A DNA stretch of 64,000 bases from Geosiphon pyriformis uo1 (GCA_016748015.1 JAAOMT010000503.1:645669-709668), one strand, 5' to 3'. Counted from the stretch's first letter, positions 1 through 11,888 are shown. Numbers and translations are program-made. The notes: generated by a model not told the origin, from the letters alone.

Positions 1-2925
1 ACTGTTATATGCTGCATTAAATAGTGTTCCTCTTCTGACTTTTTCTGAAATTGATAGAGCATATTAACAGATTTGATTACATACTCCTCCTCTTATTGCA
101 ATATCAATCCAGTTGCATTCTTCTGGTAGTATATCTTCACATGTGAGTTAAGGTGTGTTGTTCCATTTTCCACTTCTCTTTGGAGATCCAAATCGTTCTC
201 TATGATATGCTTTGTAAAAGTAACAGATACGAGTTTCATATTCCTCTTCTGAAAAAATACATGTTTTTATTGATGAAAGTTTCTTGTTGCAATCTTTGCA
301 TTTGAGTGGAATATAGAATGGTTGTTTTTATGGTTCTGGTGTAGAATATCTAACTTTCTTCCATCTTCTTGATTCTTCAAAAATCTTCTGTTCTGTTTTT
401 TCAGCCCAATTGGATGTTGATCTAAGAGCCATGTAGATTTCAGTAAGTGGCATTTTTTTTTCTTTTTCAAATTCAAATACTAGGGCTTTTTCTGATTGTT
501 TGTTAAAAGTACTACAAATAGCAGGTACTATAATGTATTGTCCTTAGTATAAGATTTTTAATTCCTGAGTTTCCCAGTCTAAGTTTGCATTGGTCTTAAG
601 AAGCCAATCATTTCCGACCAGAGCTTGGTATTGGGGTGCATTCATGACTAGAACTTTGACTAAAATGGTGATTCCATCAATAGTGAATAGAAAATTGTCA
701 ATTTCTTCTACTGGTGTTTTTTTCATACCATCTGCTGTAACAATTACAGTTTGGGCTGGTCTGTCAACAGTTCTTTGAAGCTGTTGTATTAACTGGTAGG
801 TGATAATACTTCCAGCTGATCCACTGTCTAAAATTAATCAGATGGGTTTTTTTTCTACTGTGGCTTCAGTATACATAGCAGTAATAGCTTTTTGTTTATT
901 AGCTGCTGCATTATTAAGCAAAAATGGTGATTTATTTGCTTCAAATTCAAATGAGAATATATTTAAGAGGTTGGCATTTTGGGCAATTTGAGCTGGTAGA
1001 ATGGTATGGTTAGAAGGGTTTGATCTTGGTGCTGCAATTTCACCTTCAGAAAGTGCAGTTTGTTGAAAATCTGATTCCTCTGGTATTATAAGATAACTGG
1101 GTTGAGTATGATAGTAATTGGGTTTTTGCTGACCAGAATTTCGGAGAACCAACTGATTATTTGGGTTGATTCTGTTGTTGTTATTCTGAAATTGATTTTG
1201 GAGTGTAAATTGGTTATGTTGAACCAATCTTCTGGCTGGTACTTAATATTGTTGAGTAGGTGGTGTCTGATATTGCTGAATTGGTAGAGTTTGCTGATAT
1301 TGTTGCTATATCAGTTGTGGAGCTGGTTGATAGTAACTGTTTTGATTTTGTGGTCTTGGTGAATAATAAGTTGGTGGTGGAAGTTAGTAATAAAATTGTT
1401 GTGATGAAGAGTAATATTGATTACTTCTGTTTTGTTGGTCTCTTTGCAATTTTCTACAATCTTATTTCCAGTGTCCTGGAATTTCACAATAATGACAATT
1501 TTAAGGTTGGTTGTTGGATAGTGATCCAAAATTGTTTTGATTGCATTGTTGTAAGAGTTAATATCTTTGTAGTTGTTGCTGTTGTTGTTGTTGGTTTGTA
1601 AAATAGCTTTCAACCTTTTTTGTGAGTTGGTCTATTTTCTCTTCAGCTGCTGAACTGGTTTCTCCAATAGCTAGGTTGACAAGTTTGGTGTGTTTTACTT
1701 CTTTTATAGCCATTTCATAGTTCTTTATATGTCTAATGGCAGTTGCTAAGTCTGCTGATGTGTGTGGACAGACTTTTTTAATGAGTTTGTCTTTTAATCT
1801 TGCTATGAATTGATCCAAAATCTGGGCATCAAAATAGTAATCATTGGTTTCCAATTGTTGAATTCATCAAAGAAGTTTGTTGAAGCTCCCAAGATAAGTC
1901 ATGACAGTTTCAAATGTTTTTTGTTTAATATTGTGAAAGTAATTACAGAGAGTGATAGAGATGTTGTTGTCAGTGAATTGTTGTAAGAAAGCATCTTTGA
2001 ATGCTTGCCAGGTTCCAAATAATTCTAAGTTTTCAAACCATTCTCTTGTAGTTCCTTGGAAAAAGTATAGAATTGCTTTAAGCATTCTTGTTGCATTCCA
2101 ACCATTTACATCTCCTGCTTTCTGGACTTTATTAAGCCATTCTTGAGGACTGGTATCATTATCTTTACCAGTAAACTCTGAGATTTTTGCAATGTAAGTG
2201 GTTGCCATTTCTTCTTTGTTTTCTGTAGTTTCTTCTTGTTCTGATTCAGTTTCTTTACTTTCCAAGTTTTCTGAATAATTACTTTTGTTTTCTTGTAAGT
2301 ACTCAATAATATTGGTACTTGTTGATATGGGTTCTTGTTGTTGAGTAGGATTTCTAGGTGACTGATAATCTTTTGGTCTGGAGAAACAGTTGAGTGGTGA
2401 ATTTGGTGTTTGTGGTTGAATAAATAAAATTGGAAATGGTGTAATAGAAAGTGGTAATTTGATACTGGTTTTTTGTTCAGATGTTTGCAAGTGTTTGGCA
2501 GTTGTCTTTGGTAGTATTGGAGTGTTCAGGGTGGTTTTTGAGTATTGTTTTACTTTGTGTTTGCCTTTGTTGCTTGTTTTTGTTTCTGATTCAAAGTCAA
2601 TAGAGTATTGAAACTGTACTAGATATGTTTCTTCACAGTACTTGATAATGTTAAAATTGAGTTCTTGGAAATAGGTAGCAAGTGTTTTACTGTTAAGGTC
2701 TTCAGTTCCCAACTGTGAATAGTGCACTAAATTATTGTAAAGATTGCTTCTAACTTCTGAAATGTTGTAATTTTCAAAAAGATAATTGTTGATATGGTTT
2801 TCAATGTATTGGTATACTGATTTCTTGACAACCTCAATTCCATCTGAGATGTTGAATCTTTGTTTGCAGTGGGTGTAAATTGACTGATAATACTTTAGAG
2901 TTGTTGTGTCTGGTGTGGTTGCCAT
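1..2925 (-). pseudogene. Degenerate gag-protease-Cys-rich polyprotein of element A
   Basis: ATG MATTPDTT at 2925; ORF pieces 1867-2970, 1558-1854, 838-1227 and 544-726 are separated by nonsense codons or small indels and match element B. Confidence 0.88.
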
Positions 2926-2957
2926 TTTGAAGTTTGTTGTTGCTATGTTATTTTTGT

Positions 2958-2969
2958 GGGAGAGCACCA
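2958..2969 (-). promoter_or_regulatory. Primer binding site of element A (TGGTGCTCTCCC)
   Basis: TGG-initial motif 2 nt downstream of the LTR terminal CA, as expected for complementarity to a tRNA 3' CCA end. Confidence 0.8.
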
Positions 2970-2971
2970 AA

Positions 2972-3944
2972 TGTTACTAGAGGTTTTTGGTCTCTTTTCT
3001 TGAATGTTGTTAATGTTGATTTGCTGTGAATTCACGTTTTTAGGAAGTAGTTGGACCTCCAATAACTGAATTTATTTTCAAATTATCTCCTATAATTTGA
3101 ACTGCTGGACTTATAAGTAAAATGGCCAATTCCTTGTCAGTTACTTTATGTAATTATGTTGTAGTAAATGTCAATTTTTTCCCAGGAATTGCTCATTTGG
3201 AAGCTCACTAAAAATGTGTAGTTATTTTGCTGTGAAAGTCAACTTTTCTACAGGAATCTTGTCTGTAAGCTACCCAATTGATTATGATAAAAAAAGAAAA
3301 AATAAAATAAAAGAAATGTAAAAGAAATAAAATTCTGTTAAGGGAAATGTTTTCTATCCAGGCCTGGAGTCACTAACAGTTTATTGAAATTGGTAGCTAA
3401 TCAATTTCAAAACGTTGGTTGTGTTGAGGGAATTTCAAGTATAATAATTTAAGAATTTGGTTTTCAAATATTTAATTTTTATTTGATTTTGTAAAAGATA
3501 ATTTGTTTCAATTAAGATATCTAAAGTAAGATACTATGGTAAGATACTATGAGAAGATACATTTTCTTGAAGAGAGAAGCTCTTCTTTTATACAACTTGT
3601 TGTAGTACTATTCTTTAAACTTGTACTTTTCTTTTTTCTTCAATTTGGATAAACTAAAAATATATTTCGGCTAATTTACAAGTTATTTCACTGAACTATT
3701 GATTATTTCGGCGAATTTTCATTAATTTCGGCAAATTTTGACTATGTTAAATGGTTCAGGGTATTGTGTAATTTGATCATCTTAATTTCTAGAGTACAAA
3801 TCGGATTATTGATTGAGTAATGATATTTGATAATTTGATTAAATAATAAGTGATAATCAAAATAATAATAATATATGCTAATTAATAATAAGAATTATGA
3901 AGGTAATTTCATGCTAATTAATAGCTAAAATTCTACTGATAACA
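2972..3944 (-). repeat. 5' LTR of element A (~973 bp)
   Basis: Minus strand begins TGTTATCAG and ends CTAGTAACA; homologous to 11869-12848 and 57722-58707; directly followed by the PBS. Confidence 0.92.
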
Positions 3945-4381
3945 TTGGTTGTTTTCCTTCTTCCAATGAGTAATTTAGTATAGAAAATTGCTATGTGCAA
4001 TGTCAGAGGATTGAACAATCCTACAAAACAAAACAATGTCATTCATTGGCACAGAGACAAGGACAATTTAGTTTCTATTTTTACAGAATTAAAGTTAAGA
4101 GGGAAAGTTCACTCTTGAATTGTTAATAAATTTGATGGTGTGTGAGTGTTTACCTCTGGTATGAAATCTGGTCATCTAAGTGCTGGTGTTGTGGTCATCA
4201 TGAACTTTTCTTTGGCAAGACATGTGTGCAGGGTTTCAGAAGTGCCTGATCTGCTTCTGTCTATCAAGTTGTTTTTTAAGAATAAACTTTCAGTGTCAAT
4301 TTTAGGGCTTTACACTGGTGCTACTTTGAAGGTTTGGTTTTCTCAGGCTGATAATATCAACTCTCTTATTGCAAAGGCTGT
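3945..4381 (+). mobile_element. LINE 1, start of ORF2 (apurinic-like endonuclease N-terminus), sandwiched between two Gypsy insertions
   Basis: ATG at 3966, MSNLV*KIAMCNVRGLNNP (EN motif NVRG), ...INSLIAKAV; rejoins 12853+ to give IAKAVNKFFFVILSGDFN. Confidence 0.88.
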
Positions 4382-4794
4382 TGTTACCAGTAGAATTTTA
4401 GCTATTAATTAGCATAAAATTCTCCTTATAATTCCTATAATTCATTAGTATATTAATATCATTTCAAATTATCATTTATTATTTAGTCAATTATCACATA
4501 TCACGATTCAATTAAAATAATCTAATTAGTATAACAGAAAGTAGGATGATCAAATTACACAATACCCTGAACTTTGTAACATTCAAAAATTCACAGAAAT
4601 TCGCCGATATTTATAAGAAATTCGCCGAAATTTACAGAAATTCGCCGAAATTATGAATAGTTCACCCAAATTAATCAATAGTTCAGCGAAATAACTTGTA
4701 GTTCATTAAAATGTATCTTTAGTTTGCCGAAATTTGAGCAAAGAGAAAAAGTGCAAGTTCATAGACTAGTACTACAACAAGTTGTATAAAAGAA
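4382..4794 (+). repeat. 5' LTR of element B (U3 part, truncated by gap)
   Basis: Near-identical to 11869-12260, plus one extra ~20-bp repeat unit. Confidence 0.93.
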
Positions 4795-5187
4795 NNNNNN
4801 NNNNNNNNNNNNNNNNNNNNNNNNNNNNNNNNNNNNNNNNNNNNNNNNNNNNNNNNNNNNNNNNNNNNNNNNNNNNNNNNNNNNNNNNNNNNNNNNNNNN
4901 NNNNNNNNNNNNNNNNNNNNNNNNNNNNNNNNNNNNNNNNNNNNNNNNNNNNNNNNNNNNNNNNNNNNNNNNNNNNNNNNNNNNNNNNNNNNNNNNNNNN
5001 NNNNNNNNNNNNNNNNNNNNNNNNNNNNNNNNNNNNNNNNNNNNNNNNNNNNNNNNNNNNNNNNNNNNNNNNNNNNNNNNNNNNNNNNNNNNNNNNNNNN
5101 NNNNNNNNNNNNNNNNNNNNNNNNNNNNNNNNNNNNNNNNNNNNNNNNNNNNNNNNNNNNNNNNNNNNNNNNNNNNNNNNNNNNNNN
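4795..5187. other. Assembly gap (393 N)
   Basis: Run of N. Confidence 0.99.
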
Positions 5188-8100
5188 GAAATGCAAATGG
5201 TTGGATTGCAGCAAGAATGCTCAAAGCAATTCCCTACTTTCTCCAAGGAACAGCAGGAGAATGGTTTGAAAATTTAGAAGAACTATTTGAAAACTGGCAA
5301 GCATTCAAAGATGTTTTTCTACAACAATTCACTGACAACAATACCTCTATCACTCTCAGAAACCGCTTTCACAATATCAAACAAGAAACATCTGAATCTG
5401 TTATGACCTATCTTGGAAGATTTAACAAACTTTTCAGACAAATCCGACAATTGGAAACCAATGACTACTATTCTGATGCTCAAATTCTGAATCAGTTTAT
5501 AGCAGAGTTAAAAGACAAACTGATTAAGAAAGTCTGTCTACATGCTCTAGCAGACTTAGCAACTGCTATTAGACATGCAAAGAGCTATGAGATGACAATG
5601 GAAAAAGCAAATTACACCAAGCTTGTAAACCTTGCAATTAGAGAAACCAGCTCAGCAGCTGAAAAAAAGATAGACCAATTCACAAGGAAAGTTGAAAGCT
5701 ATTTTACAAACCAACAACAACAGCAGCAACAACCACAAAGATATCAACCACTACAACAATGCAACCAAAACAATTTTGGATTACCATTCAACAACCAATC
5801 TAAAAATTATCATTATTGTGGAATTCCAGGACACTGAAAACGAGATTGTAGGAAATTACAAAGAGACCAACAAAACAGGAGTAATCAATATTACTCTTTA
5901 TCACAACAATCCTATTACCAATCTCCACCACCAACTTATTATTCACCAAGACCACAAAATCAAAACTACTATTCACCAGCTCCACAATTAATGCAGCAAC
6001 AATATCAGCAACTTTTACCAATTCAGCCATATCAGACACCACCCACTCAACAATATCAAGTACCAGCAAGAAGATTGGTTCAATATAATCAATTCATACC
6101 CCAAAATCAATTGCAAAGTAACAACAACAGAATCAATCCAAATAACCAGTTGGTTCCCTAAAATTCGGGTCAGCAAAGACCCAATCACTATCACACTCAA
6201 CCCAGTTATCTTACAATACTAGAGGAATTGGATTTTCAACAAACTGTACTTTCTGAAGATGAAGTTGCAGTGCTAAGATCAAACCCTTCCAACCACACCA
6301 TTCCACCAGCTCAAATTGCCCAAAATGCTAATCTGTCAGATATATTTCCATTTGAATTTGAAGCAAATGAATCATCATTTCTGCTTAGTAATGCAGCAGT
6401 TAATGAACAGAAAGCAATTACTGCTATGTACACAGAAGTTACAGTGGAAAAAAAACCCATTCACTTAATCTTAGATAGTAGATCAGCTGGAAGTATCATC
6501 ACTTATCAGCTGATGCAACAACTCAAACGAAACGTAGACAGACCAGCTCAAACAGTTATTGTCACAGCTAATGGTATGAAGAAGACTCCAGTAAGAGAAA
6601 TTGATAATTTCCCTTTTTCAATTGATGAAATTACTATTCCAGTTAAAGTTCTTGTTATGGATACACCCCAATACTAAGCTCTAGTTGGAAATGATTGGCT
6701 TCTTAAGGCCAATGCAAATCTGAACTGGAAAACTCAAGAACTTAAAATCTCATACCAAGGACAATATACCATAGTACCTGCAATCTGTAGTATCTTTAAC
6801 AAATGATCAAAAAAAGCTCCAGTATTTGAATTTGAAGAGGAGAAAGAAATACCACTTACTGAAACCTACATGACTCTTAGATTAACATCCAATTGGGCTA
6901 AAGAAACTGAACAAGAGATTTTTGAAAAATCAAGGGGATGGAAGAAAGTTAGATATTCTACACCAGAACCATGGAAACAACCACCCTATATTTTACTTAA
7001 ATGCAAAGATTGCAACAAAAAACTTTCATCAATAAGAACATGTATTTCTTCAGAAGAGGAATATGAAACTCGTATCTGTTACTTTTACAAAGCATATCAT
7101 AGAGAACGATTTGGATCTCCAAAGAGAAGTGGAAAATGGAACAACACATCTTGTCTTACATGTGGAGAAATACTACCAGAAGAATGCAATTGGATTGATG
7201 TAGCAATAAGAGGAGTATGTGATCAAATCTGTTAATATGCTCTATCAATTTCGGAAAAAGTCAGAAGAAGAACACCATTTGATGCAGCATACAACAGTGC
7301 TCTCAATAAACTTTACCACTACTCTCATGATGCTGAAATGATTTTTGATCTAGCAATGGCATTGATCAATGAAGCCACCCAAGAAGATGTCTGCCAAATG
7401 AAAGAAGCTGAACATATTGAGTATACCATGGAATTAGCTGGATTTGATTATGAAGATAAAGTAGAAACCTACCACCAAATTGCAAGCCATACATATCCGA
7501 CCAAAGAAGCTCAAATTCAATGATTAGAGCAAATAAACATTCAATTGTGTGAAGAATGTGTTATGCCTTGTAATGACCAATGGTGTTTAGAATGTTATGT
7601 TCTTAACATTCCTCTGCCAGATGAGAATGATGAAAATGAAATCGAATTTGGAGTATCTGAACTAGTAGAAGAACTACCAACCACTCCCATCTATCTTCTT
7701 GAAAAACAACCACCTCTACAACTTAAATATTTTGACAACCATGGCCAAGGAATCAGACCAGAAAAAGCACACGAAATTGATGCTGGATATAACCTAAGAT
7801 ACCCAGAAAAAGATACTTTGATTCTCCAACCAAAGTCTTTGACAAAAATTAATCTCAAAATTGCTCTCGAAATTCCACCAGGAGCAATGGTTCAAATTGC
7901 CTCCAGATTATCATTGGCAAGCAAAGGAATCAATATTAGAGGAGGAGTTATAGATGCAGGATACACTGAAGACATTACCATCATGTTACAAAATAAGACA
8001 GACAAACCATTCAAAATTGAACATGCTAAAAAAATTGTTCAAGCAATTTACTTACCCTTAATCAACATTTCGGGTTTACAATTAGTAAACAACAGAGAAC

Positions 8101-9995
8101 AATTGGGAAAAAGTGAAAGAGGAACTCAAGGTTTTGGTTCAACTGGACGATTTACAGTTCCAGTAAACATAGTTCTTAATACACAAAATGAATCTTACCA
8201 GATTCTTTAACTTCCTCAGCCAATTACCAATTCACCTTTTGGAGAACATCACAAAATTTACACTTGCTCAAAACCCACCACTACACAACAAATCTTTGAA
8301 TCCAATGAACAAATCTGTTTGAAGCATGAAATATCAATTCCAAACATTTATATTTTCAAAGGAATGAAAAAATTTTGAGTTACATTCTACAACCCCAATA
8401 ATTACCCTATTGTTTTATTAAACAAATTAAAAATTGGAATTATACACAGCAATATCTTTCAAGATGAAAACCCTCAAATTGTCTCTAATTTTATCGAAAT
8501 TGTAAAGCACACTCTACTCCCAAATCCAAATATCATTACCACTACTGAAAACTACCACTTGTTAGAAAAAAAACTCTCTTGAATCAATATGGGTCCCTTA
8601 GAACCTTAACAACAAAGACAATTGAAACAATTGATAGCTGAATTTGCAGATATATTTGCAAAAGACAACAATGACTTGAGAAAAACAGACATTGTTCAAC
8701 ATCAGATCCATACAGGAGATGCTTTACCAAAACATCAACAAGCTTATCAAGTGCCACCTGCCAGCCACCAATTCATCAGAAAAGAGGTCCAAAGAATGCT
8801 CAATAACGGATTGATTCAACCATCAAGAAGTTCTTGGGCCTCACCAGTAGTTTTAGTTAAAAAAAAAAACGGAAAAATCAGATTCTGTGTTAATTATAGA
8901 CAACTGAATAGTGTTACAATTGGAGATGTCTATCCTCTTTCAAGAATTAATGACATGCTAGATGCTCTAAAAAAAACCAAGTTCTTTTCAACTTTAGACC
9001 TGGAAAGTGGATACTGGCAAGTCGAAATAGACCCAAAAGATAGACCCAAAATAGCATTCACCACTCAAGAAGAAAATTATGAGTTTAATGTTATGCCTTT
9101 TGAACTCTGCAATGCACCAGCAACATTTCAGCGACTCATGGATGTTGTCTATGAAGGGCTTTTGTGGCAATCAGTAGTTGTTTATCTTGATGATACTGAT
9201 GTATACTTACCAAGCTTTGAAGCCCATCTCATTCACCTGCGAGAAGTTTTTCAATGATTACGGAAAGCAGGACTAAAGTTAAATATTAAGAAATGTCACT
9301 TTGGAAAAACAAGCTTGATCTTTTTTGGACACATAGTTAGTAAAGATGGAATCAAACCAAATCCAGGAACAATCAGTGCTGTCAAAAACTTTCAAATCCC
9401 CAGAAATACTACAGAACTATGAGGATTTGTGGGATTAGCCTCTTACTATCAAAAATTTATAAAAAAATTCTCAGAAATTGCCAAACCACTCAATTATCTT
9501 ACCAACAAAAATGTACTATACAAATGGACTAAAAAACAACAAAAAGCTTTTGAAATTCTCAAAACAAAATTGACAACAGCCCCAGTTCTTGCTTACCCAG
9601 ACTTTAACAAACAATTCCAATTAGCCACTGATGTCTCACACATAGCATTTGGTGCCATCTTATCACAATTGGATGAAAATGTCCAAGAACAAGTTATTGC
9701 TTATGCCAGCAGAACACTCAAGCCAACAGAACTCAAATATGGCTCAACTGAATTAGAAGCTGCTGCAGTTATTTGGGCTTTTAAACATTTTCAACAATAT
9801 CTGAAGAATGAAAAAGAATTTGACATAATAATGGACAACATTGGCCTCAAATGGTTCAATAAAAAGAAAACTGAACAAAGTGCCAAACAGTCTTGATGGA
9901 ATGACTTCTTAGCAGACTACAAATATATTGTACACTACAAACCAAGAAAACTACATACCAATGTTGATAGCCTCTCAAGAATGAGACAAGATTAA
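5188..9995 (+). pseudogene. Fused gag-PR-Cys-rich-dUTPase-RT-RNaseH ORF of element B (single frame, nonsense-disrupted)
   Basis: All fragments share one frame; Zn knuckle YHYCGIPGH*KRDC (~5810-5850), PR LILDS(R)SAGS (~6465), RT YLDD (~9183), RNaseH LATDVS..ELEAAA..MDN; ends NVDSLSRMRQD* (TAA 9993-9995). Confidence 0.92.
7752..8147 (+). pseudogene. dUTPase domain within pol of element B
   Basis: All five trimeric dUTPase motifs: AGY(N/D)L, ASR(L/S)SLA, GGVIDAGYT, KI(V/A)QAI, RGTQGFGSTG. Confidence 0.92.
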
Positions 9996-10052
9996 TACCA
10001 ACAACAATTCCACCACAACTTACCAATTTACCAACAAAATAACCAAACAAGA

Positions 10053-11420
10053 ATGGATTCCAAAAACTACAGCAATCTTAAAAATTATTTGGAGACTCTT
10101 ACCATGCCAGAAAACTGGTCTCCAAGTAAAAAACACTGCTTACAACACCAATCAAAACAATATTTCATACACCAGAACAAAATCTATTATAAAAATCACA
10201 GAAAACCAAACCAGCCACTCAGATTAGTATAAGAGAATGAAAAAAAAACAATTTTATACAACATGCACACAGATCCGTCTTCAGTACACTTGGGAAAAGA
10301 GGGAACAATTCAAAGAACTCTTGAACATTATTTTTGGCCTCACATGCAAAAAGACATTCGACAATATGTAGAATCTTGTAATAATTGTCAAAGAATAGGA
10401 GGAACTCGCTCCACAGAACCTTTAAATCCAATCAAAGTTGGACAACTTTTTGACAGAGTTGGAATTGATTTAGTCGAACCATTACTTATCACAACCCAAG
10501 GAAATCATTATATTGCAGTTGCAGTGGATTATCTTACCAAATAGCCTGAAGCTAGAGCCATCCAAAGAGCAGATGCAAAATCAGTAGCAAATTTCATCTA
10601 TAAAGACATTATCTGTAGACATAGATGCTCAATTGAACTCTTATCTGATCAAGGAACACATTTTGTAAACAACTTGATACAAGAAATTTGTGAATGGTTC
10701 AATGTCAAAAGACCTCTATTATCACTTTATCACCCTCAAACAAATGAACTTGTAGAACGTTTTAACAGAACATTGTGTAAATCTCTAGCCAAAGTCTCAA
10801 CAGACTTTGAGCAGGAATGGGATATCTTTATTTCATCAGTGTTACTAGTATACAGAACACTAAAACAAGATACTACAAAACACATACCATTTGATCTTAC
10901 TTATGGAAGGACAGCAACATTACCAATTAATTTCACAGTAGAAACATATCCAGTACAACCAATCAATAAAGAAAACTTTCAAGAGACACTCCAAAGAAGA
11001 GCCTACACTCTTCTTAGTACACTGGAAGAAAAAAGAAAAATAGCAGCAACTCATATTGAACATTCCCAAGCTCAACAAAAAGAAAGACATGACAACAAAT
11101 TACCACCTATTACCAATGAATTTAAAGTTGGAAATAAAGTTCTCTTACACAGAACTAAGGCTGAAAAACAATGGAGTGAGAAATTTGAAAACAAATGGGA
11201 TGGACCATTTTATATTCACGAAATTCTAAGCAATGGATCATATAAGTTAAGACTTGATGACAAAATATTAGCAAAAGTTGCACATGGAGACAGATTAAAA
11301 CACTATCATTCCAAAAACAATCCTGAATCATTAATTCCACAAATTGGTACACATTCCCCTTTAATTAATCCTGAAGATATTCCCCGAAATTTAGAACCAA
11401 TAATTATAATAGAACAATAA
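10053..11420 (+). pseudogene. Stand-alone integrase ORF of element B
   Basis: ATG MDSKNY at 10053; HHCC (H..H..CNNC), GIDL, SDQG, N(G)LVERFN, GPF motif (WDGPFYI); no chromodomain. Confidence 0.9.
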
Positions 11421-11424
11421 CCAA

Positions 11425-11634
11425 NNNNNNNNNNNNNNNNNNNNNNNNNNNNNNNNNNNNNNNNNNNNNNNNNNNNNNNNNNNNNNNNNNNNNNNNNNNN
11501 NNNNNNNNNNNNNNNNNNNNNNNNNNNNNNNNNNNNNNNNNNNNNNNNNNNNNNNNNNNNNNNNNNNNNNNNNNNNNNNNNNNNNNNNNNNNNNNNNNNN
11601 NNNNNNNNNNNNNNNNNNNNNNNNNNNNNNNNNN
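11425..11634. other. Assembly gap (210 N)
   Basis: Run of N. Confidence 0.99.
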
Positions 11635-11888
11635 ACACTCACTACAAACTTAAAGCAGCTCTTAGACTCTATGACTTGTTTAATACTTGTGAAAATGTTC
11701 TACAAAATCCAATACTGCAACCAATGAAAGTCCAATACATTGGCAAACTCACAGAACTGAAATTTCAACAATTTTCAGACCAGATTACTTCAATTATTTT
11801 AGATCACTATCTCAATATTACAGATAGTGCTTGGACTTCGATGGAGCTCAGTCTTGAGGAGAAAATTATGTTACCAGTAGAATTTTAG
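11635..11888 (+). CDS. 3' part of ORF3 (unknown protein) of element B, reading through the PPT into the 3' LTR
   Basis: HYKLKAALRLYDLF..QYIGKLTELKFQQFSDQI..MELSLEE matches ORF3 of element D. Confidence 0.8.
11856..11865 (+). promoter_or_regulatory. Polypurine tract of element B
   Basis: GAGGAGAAAA 3 nt upstream of the LTR TG; element D has GAGGAGGAGG. Confidence 0.8.

Larger units (their letters stand above)
1..3944 (-). mobile_element. Ty3/Gypsy LTR retrotransposon A (family 1), 5' part; continues beyond window start
   Basis: LTR at 2972-3944 and PBS, then gag (PQEWLNKV..NGW..FLQQF, Zn-knuckle remnant), aspartic protease (LILDSGSAGS) and the Cys-rich region; collinear with element B. Confidence 0.93.

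Noticed and set aside
4598-4655. Short spaced repeats resembling a CRISPR array
   Set aside because: Units of ~14 bp with 4-6 nt spacers inside LTRs of a eukaryotic genome; no cas genes.
4719-5246. ORFs spanning N runs (also 11306-11642)
   Set aside because: Artefacts of translating assembly gaps.
5692-5991. Alternative-frame N/H/T-rich ORF in gag (also 1311-1613)
   Set aside because: A by-product of CAA/CCA-rich Gln/Pro codons in the gag frame; no independent start context.
11100-11420. Chromodomain at the integrase C-terminus
   Set aside because: Only a GPF/SH3-like module and a short Pro/Ile tail; no Y-x-V-x-W chromo motif.
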